Shown: positions 58,882 to 64,000 of the stretch, in pieces
How the letters are laid out: each line of letters opens with the position of its first letter
Numbering within the stretch: the stretch's first letter is position 1
Origin: Candidatus Poribacteria bacterium
GTDB lineage: Bacteria; Poribacteria; WGA-4E; WGA-3G
Direction: 5' to 3'
Length of the DNA stretch: 64,000 nt
Assembly: GCA_022822085.1 (NCBI GenBank)
Contig: JAJECK010000096.1
Coordinates: forward strand, 21,934 to 85,933
Made by a program: the position numbers and the translations under genes
Notes under the pieces: generated by a model
What the model was told of the DNA's origin: nothing
Seen by the model: the letters and a program-made list of their open reading frames with translations, nothing else
The model's database searches: none

Positions 58882-60477
58882 ATGAGAAGGTTTGGTACAC
58901 GAGGACCCGTGAATCCAGAACAGCATTATGTTGTCGCTCGGACAGAGGAGCTCACTGAGTTCATTAAACGCGTTAAAGAGGGACGTTATATCGTCATCTT
59001 TGCACCCCGGCAAACAGGAAAGACAACTTTCTTCTATGCTGCTATGGATATCCTCGCCACTGAGGAACCAAATTATCTCACTATTCACTTGGATTTTGAA
59101 GCGTATAGAAACCTCACACCGTTGGATTTTTACAGTAACCTCACCGAAGACATTCGCGAGGAAATCGAGAATATTTACCATAAACGTGGAGAAGTCCCCC
59201 CTGAGGCGTTAAGAGATTTTTTAGAAAACACAACCCTAACTGACAATGTGTCAATGCTCAGAGGTTTCAGGACATTGGCGCGGGTGTTAGAGATTCAACA
59301 GGTTGTCATCCTCATTGATGAGTTTGATGGCATTCCTCCGGCAATCGTGAATGATTTCTTGTATACACTCCGTCGCATCTATATCTCCAGAACTTCTCCC
59401 CGATGTCCGCATAGCCTTGGTATTGTCGGTGTCAAGAGCATCGTGCAACTTAACTATGATCGCTCTGTCTCCCCGTTCAATATCCAGGACGATTTTGCTT
59501 TGCCTAACTTTACGCTTGCTCAGGTGCAAGAACTTTTCGGGCAATATACAGACGAGGTGGGGCAGGCTTTCGAACCAGAAGTCCTTGAATCCATCCACAA
59601 ACAGACAGGGGGACAACCCTTCCTTGTCAACCGGTTCGCGCAGATACTCACCGAAGAGATGGACATTCCGAAAACTGAAGCACTCACAATGACACATTTT
59701 GCCCTGGCACACGGACAACTTTCGGAGGAACGGAACACCAACCTATCACATTTGACAACCAATATCCGCCGAAACCGTCGCTTTGAAAACTTTTTGATGC
59801 GAATCGTCCTGTACGAGGAAGGGGTGCCTTTCACCCTACGCAATGAGCTTATTAATGAACTCGCAACGTACGGAGTACTCACGAGAGGCACTGATAGGAT
59901 GTGTAAAATTGCCAATCCAATTTATCTACATTGCATTTTGCAAGCATTCAAACCATTAGTCAACGGATTGGAGAACGACTACTTCCCCGAAGACGCTGAT
60001 GGATTTCAGTACCTTACCGACACTGGACATATCCTGATGGAGCGGCTCTTGGATAACTTCCGAGACTTTATTGCCCGCGTTGGATTTAGGATTCTACAAG
60101 TCCCCGACACCCCTCAAGAATTCATTGGACAACACCTGCTCTTTGCCTATCTGGACCAGTTCGTTACAAGCATAAACGGGACAATGTACATGGAAGTTCC
60201 AACCGGGCGGGGCAGGATGGATATAATCATTCTTCACAACCAGAGAAAATATGTCATTGAAACAAAGATATGGCGAAGTGATAGGTACTATGCCGAAGGT
60301 AAGCAGCAACTCGCCGCGTATCTGTCAACAGAGGGAGTAACCGAGGGCTACTATGTGGTGTTCGATCATCGCGAGGCACCGGAACCGCGCACAGAGACGG
60401 AGGGAATAAACGGAATGACTATTCGGAGTTACGTTATTCCTGTGGTGCAAGAGCGTCCTTCCCACTCCGTTGAATAG
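58882..60477 (+). CDS. AAA-like ATPase + PD-(D/E)XK nuclease, tandem paralogue
   Basis: Same motifs as 57224-58870; start at ATG 58882 (MRRFGTRGPVNP). Confidence 0.85.
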   Translation: MRRFGTRGPVNPEQHYVVARTEELTEFIKRVKEGRYIVIFAPRQTGKTTFFYAAMDILATEEPNYLTIHLDFEAYRNLTPLDFYSNLTEDIREEIENIYHKRGEVPPEALRDFLENTTLTDNVSMLRGFRTLARVLEIQQVVILIDEFDGIPPAIVNDFLYTLRRIYISRTSPRCPHSLGIVGVKSIVQLNYDRSVSPFNIQDDFALPNFTLAQVQELFGQYTDEVGQAFEPEVLESIHKQTGGQPFLVNRFAQILTEEMDIPKTEALTMTHFALAHGQLSEERNTNLSHLTTNIRRNRRFENFLMRIVLYEEGVPFTLRNELINELATYGVLTRGTDRMCKIANPIYLHCILQAFKPLVNGLENDYFPEDADGFQYLTDTGHILMERLLDNFRDFIARVGFRILQVPDTPQEFIGQHLLFAYLDQFVTSINGTMYMEVPTGRGRMDIIILHNQRKYVIETKIWRSDRYYAEGKQQLAAYLSTEGVTEGYYVVFDHREAPEPRTETEGINGMTIRSYVIPVVQERPSHSVE

Positions 60478-60579
60478 GGTTATAGATGATGGACTTGATG
60501 AATCTATATCTTAGTCTTAGTGAGATTGAAGATAGTGCAAGACACAGAGGCCTCACACCACAACACAATTGGTTCACAC

Positions 60580-62703
60580 CTACGAATTATCTGTCTCAAT
60601 CCGCACGGCACAGAATTTCAACTCCGGTTGTTTAGACACTGGATCAAACGCTGAATTTGTTACATAATTGGCATTCGTCTCTGAGTGGTAAAGATCACCC
60701 CAATGGAACGGTGTAAACAATAATCCGCGCCGAATAGTATCTGTAACACGTGCACGCGCATAACATCTGCCACGTCGTCCAACAAGATAAATCCATTCTC
60801 CATCTTCAACTTCGTTTTCCGCTGCATCGTCAGGATGAATTTCAACGAAAGGCTCAGGGTCTTTTTTTGTAAGTTGCGGTACTTTGCCAGTCCGTGTTCG
60901 TGTATGCCATTGACTCGCAATGCGACCAGTCGTCAATCCAAATGGAAATTCTGTATCAGTCGTTTCATCAGGCGGTTTGTAGACCGGTGTTTTAAATTGT
61001 GCTTTTCCAGATGGCGTGAAAAACTTCCTACGTGTATAGCGGCGGAGTGTTCCGGGGTGTCGTGGATTTGGGCAGGGCCAACGGAGCGATGTTGTCTTAA
61101 GTCGTTCATTCGTCATTCCCATCTGATCACAAGGTGTTCCAGCAGTCAAAAATCGGTATTCATCCCAAATCTCCTCGTGATTGTGAAAATCGAAATCTCG
61201 TTTGTATCCCATCACTTTAGCTACTTGTGAAAATATCCACCAATCAGGTTTCGCTTCTCCAGGAGGGTCAAGGAATTTCTCGCTTCGTACCACCAGCCGT
61301 TCACTATTTGTCATTGTTCCGCGTTTTTCACCCCACTGCGCTGCAGGTAGTAGCACATCTGCGTATTCAGCAGTTTCAGTCGGATAATAACAATCTTGCA
61401 CAATCACCAAGTCAGCGCGTTTTAGTGCCGCTTGAGTAACCTTTGTATCAGGCATACTCACTGCGGGATTAGTACAGACAATCCAGAGTGCGCGGACATC
61501 CCCAGCAGCGGCTGCTTCAAACATCGGGACTGCAGTCAAACCCGGTTCCGGATCAATACTTCCCGGTGCAATTCGCCATGCACCTTCAAGATAGGCTCGG
61601 TGCATATCATTTGTCACTACACGATAGCCGGGTAGTTGGTGAGAAAGATAACCTACCTCTCTACCTCCCATTGCATTGGGTTGACCTGTTAAAGAGAATG
61701 GACCTGAACCACTTTTACCTAACTCACCTAACTGAAGATGTAAATTGATAAGAGCATTGTTCTTTTCAATACCACTTGTGCTTTGATTTGTTCCTTGACA
61801 GTAAAAGCTGAGTAACCGACTGTTTGGTTTTGATAGAAATTCAACTATTTCATCAATACGACCAGGATGGACATCGCAGATAGAAAGCAAAGTCCCTTCG
61901 TTAAGATTTTCAAGTTGATGTTGATAAGCACTATAGTTTTCACTGTTTCTTTGGATAAAACGTCTGTCAACCCGTCCATTAATCAGTAGCCGTTTTGCGA
62001 TGAGCTGTAGAAAAGCCACATCACTTCCTGGGGCAAGTGGTACATGTACATCAGAAAATTCTGCTGTTTGTGTCCGGCGAGGATCTACTGCGATAATTCG
62101 GGTGTTAGGTTCTGATGCACGTCGTTTCCGAATCATTTGGAAAAGGACAGGATGATTAACAGCCATATTCGCGCCAATAATCAAAAACACATCGGCGTGC
62201 TGAATATCTTCGTAGCAAGTCGGTGGACCGTCTGATCCAAAAGCTTGCATATATCCAACTACCGCAGAAGACATGCAAAGTCTGCTATTGGTATCTATAT
62301 TATTCGTACGTAGAAATCCTTTGAATAACTTATTGAAAATGTATGATGTTTCTGTGTCCAGTTGTCCTGATCCGTAAAGTGCAAGTGAGTCTTTTCCGTG
62401 TTCCGTTCTTATTTCTTGAAGACGATTTGCTGTATATGTTATAGCTTGTTCCCAAGAGACTTGACGCAAGATTTCTCTTTTGCTTTCCCGTATCATTGGG
62501 TATGCCAGTCTACCATCGTGATTCTGAAATACCTGTTTTAGATGTGCTCCTTTAGGGCAAAGCATCCCAAAATTTGGAGCAACATCATCGTCGGTTGAGA
62601 TTTTTGTAATTTTATTATTCTCAACCGTTGCCCGGATTACACAGCCGACTCCACAATAGGGGCAGACTGCTTTACCTGTAGAATTCTTCACTGTTTTCTC
62701 CAT
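60580..62703 (-). CDS. Assimilatory nitrate reductase catalytic subunit (NarB/NasA-like molybdopterin enzyme)
   Basis: CPYCGVGC...LCPKG 4Fe-4S motif, NIDTNSRLCMSSA, SLTGQPNAMGGRE, QWHTRTRTG, DPVSKQPELK. Confidence 0.92.
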   Translation of the reverse strand: MEKTVKNSTGKAVCPYCGVGCVIRATVENNKITKISTDDDVAPNFGMLCPKGAHLKQVFQNHDGRLAYPMIRESKREILRQVSWEQAITYTANRLQEIRTEHGKDSLALYGSGQLDTETSYIFNKLFKGFLRTNNIDTNSRLCMSSAVVGYMQAFGSDGPPTCYEDIQHADVFLIIGANMAVNHPVLFQMIRKRRASEPNTRIIAVDPRRTQTAEFSDVHVPLAPGSDVAFLQLIAKRLLINGRVDRRFIQRNSENYSAYQHQLENLNEGTLLSICDVHPGRIDEIVEFLSKPNSRLLSFYCQGTNQSTSGIEKNNALINLHLQLGELGKSGSGPFSLTGQPNAMGGREVGYLSHQLPGYRVVTNDMHRAYLEGAWRIAPGSIDPEPGLTAVPMFEAAAAGDVRALWIVCTNPAVSMPDTKVTQAALKRADLVIVQDCYYPTETAEYADVLLPAAQWGEKRGTMTNSERLVVRSEKFLDPPGEAKPDWWIFSQVAKVMGYKRDFDFHNHEEIWDEYRFLTAGTPCDQMGMTNERLKTTSLRWPCPNPRHPGTLRRYTRRKFFTPSGKAQFKTPVYKPPDETTDTEFPFGLTTGRIASQWHTRTRTGKVPQLTKKDPEPFVEIHPDDAAENEVEDGEWIYLVGRRGRCYARARVTDTIRRGLLFTPFHWGDLYHSETNANYVTNSAFDPVSKQPELKFCAVRIETDNS

Positions 62704-62781
62704 AGTTATACTTAAAAATCCAAATAAGTTAATACTGTTCTACTGTGGTTCTTAATTGTTCGTTTTCAACACATTATTTGA

Positions 62782-64000
62782 TTATGCAGGTGCATTTCCT
62801 GCTTCCGCTTTCAAACGTCGTCTTTCTGCAAGTGCAGCAGCAAATGCTTTTTTCTCTGCATCTTGGACTGCTGGTGAAAACCTTACCAAAAGAGTTGCAA
62901 ATGAAGCAATAATCACCATTCCGCCAAGGAAAAGTAATGCTTGTGGTGTAGTGATACTTTCTGATCGGAATAGAAAACCAGCTGCAACTGCCCCTGCGTT
63001 GCCTCCTGCACCAACAATACCTGCAACCGCCCCTAAAGCCTTTTTATTGATAAATGGAACGATTCCATACGTTGCCCCTTCAGACATCTGCACAAATAGA
63101 CTGAATACAATCATTGTTCCGATAGCAAGTAACAGGACTGACATTTGGGAAAACACCATAAGCATAATTCCTTCTCCCAATAGAACGATAAACAGGAATA
63201 TGACACGACCTCTCAACCCTATCTTTTTTGCAAAGAAGTCAGAGAAATAACCGCCTACGGTGCGTGCAAATATGTTCATAAGTCCGAACATGCCTGCTAT
63301 GAGCCCTGCTGTTTTCACATCTAAGTGGAACCGGTCATGATAGTAGAGTGCCGCAACATTGTTGATGGTAAGTTCAACACCGAAACATGCTGCATAGATA
63401 AAAAACAGTGCCCAAACCCGATAATCCTTCATCGCGAGGATAAATGATTTCATACCTTTTCCTTCCGTAGGTTCAAGTTCACCTATTTCACGAAGTTCAC
63501 TATAATCGCCATCGGGTGCATCTTGTGTTGTGAAGTAATATACGAATCCCATAATAAGAAGTGCAATCCCTGGTATAATCATTGCCAACCGCCACCCAAG
63601 AAATTCATTCACACCAAAACTTAACACTGCAGTGAATATAAGTGGCATGACCATTTGTGTTACACCACCACCCAAATTTCCCCATCCTGCTGTCGTTGCG
63701 TTTGCAGTGCCAACACAATTTGGAGCAAACATAACTGATGTGTGATACTGTGTAATAACAAATGATGCACCTATTGCCCCGATTGCCAAACGAAATAGTA
63801 GAAACGATGTATAATCTTGTGCAAGTCCAATACACATCACTGGTATTGATCCGAGAATCAGCAACCATGTATATGCCTTTCGCGAACCAATGCGGTCGCA
63901 AAGTGGACCGATCAAGATACGCACCAACACTGTAATTGCTACAGAAGCTATGATGGTATTTCCAACTTGTGCTTTTGTTAGCATTAAGTCTTCTCGCACA
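62782..64000 (-). CDS. Nitrate/nitrite MFS transporter (NarK/NRT2 family); 5' end lies outside the window
   Basis: Nitrate signature AGWGNLGGG, YAACFGVEL, GIVGAGGNAG. Confidence 0.92.
   Translation of the reverse strand, partial: VREDLMLTKAQVGNTIIASVAITVLVRILIGPLCDRIGSRKAYTWLLILGSIPVMCIGLAQDYTSFLLFRLAIGAIGASFVITQYHTSVMFAPNCVGTANATTAGWGNLGGGVTQMVMPLIFTAVLSFGVNEFLGWRLAMIIPGIALLIMGFVYYFTTQDAPDGDYSELREIGELEPTEGKGMKSFILAMKDYRVWALFFIYAACFGVELTINNVAALYYHDRFHLDVKTAGLIAGMFGLMNIFARTVGGYFSDFFAKKIGLRGRVIFLFIVLLGEGIMLMVFSQMSVLLLAIGTMIVFSLFVQMSEGATYGIVPFINKKALGAVAGIVGAGGNAGAVAAGFLFRSESITTPQALLFLGGMVIIASFATLLVRFSPAVQDAEKKAFAAALAERRRLKAEAGNAPA

Noticed and set aside
60580-62703. Selenocysteine formate dehydrogenase
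   Set aside because: Uninterrupted ORF with Cys in NSRLCMSSA and an adjacent nitrate transporter indicate nitrate reductase.

Overview
A 64-kb, AT-rich bacterial chromosomal segment. The gene families point to Candidatus Poribacteria (inference): repeated PhyH dioxygenases, WD40 and LamG proteins with lineage-typical motifs, Uma2 nucleases, FGE-sulfatase-domain arrays and AAA/PD-(D/E)XK proteins. It carries housekeeping genes (lpxA, lpxC-fabZ fusion, mltG, ruvX, pspA, E2 acyltransferase, gnd, ABC transporters, nitrate reductase and transporter), glycoside hydrolases (GH172-like, GH95) and many non-autonomous repeats (MITEs and REP-like hairpins, several nested). I saw no rRNA, tRNA, CRISPR array, integrase, transposase or reverse transcriptase. 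Main observations: (1) an integrase-free cassette-like array between lpxA and a phyH gene, where each accessory unit is bounded by a diverged duplicate of the lpxA 3' end or the phyH 5' end; (2) a dockerin-thioredoxin selenoprotein (UxxC plus a SECIS-like hairpin) that the ORF track splits in two; (3) a translationally coupled ParA-like ATPase + RelA/SpoT-domain pair with an internal TAA in the ATPase; (4) four J-domain-like/FGE-fold paralogues with hypervariable C-terminal loops and a gene-conversion tract; (5) nested MITEs, one with a flipped core. All product calls come from motif recognition, not database searches.
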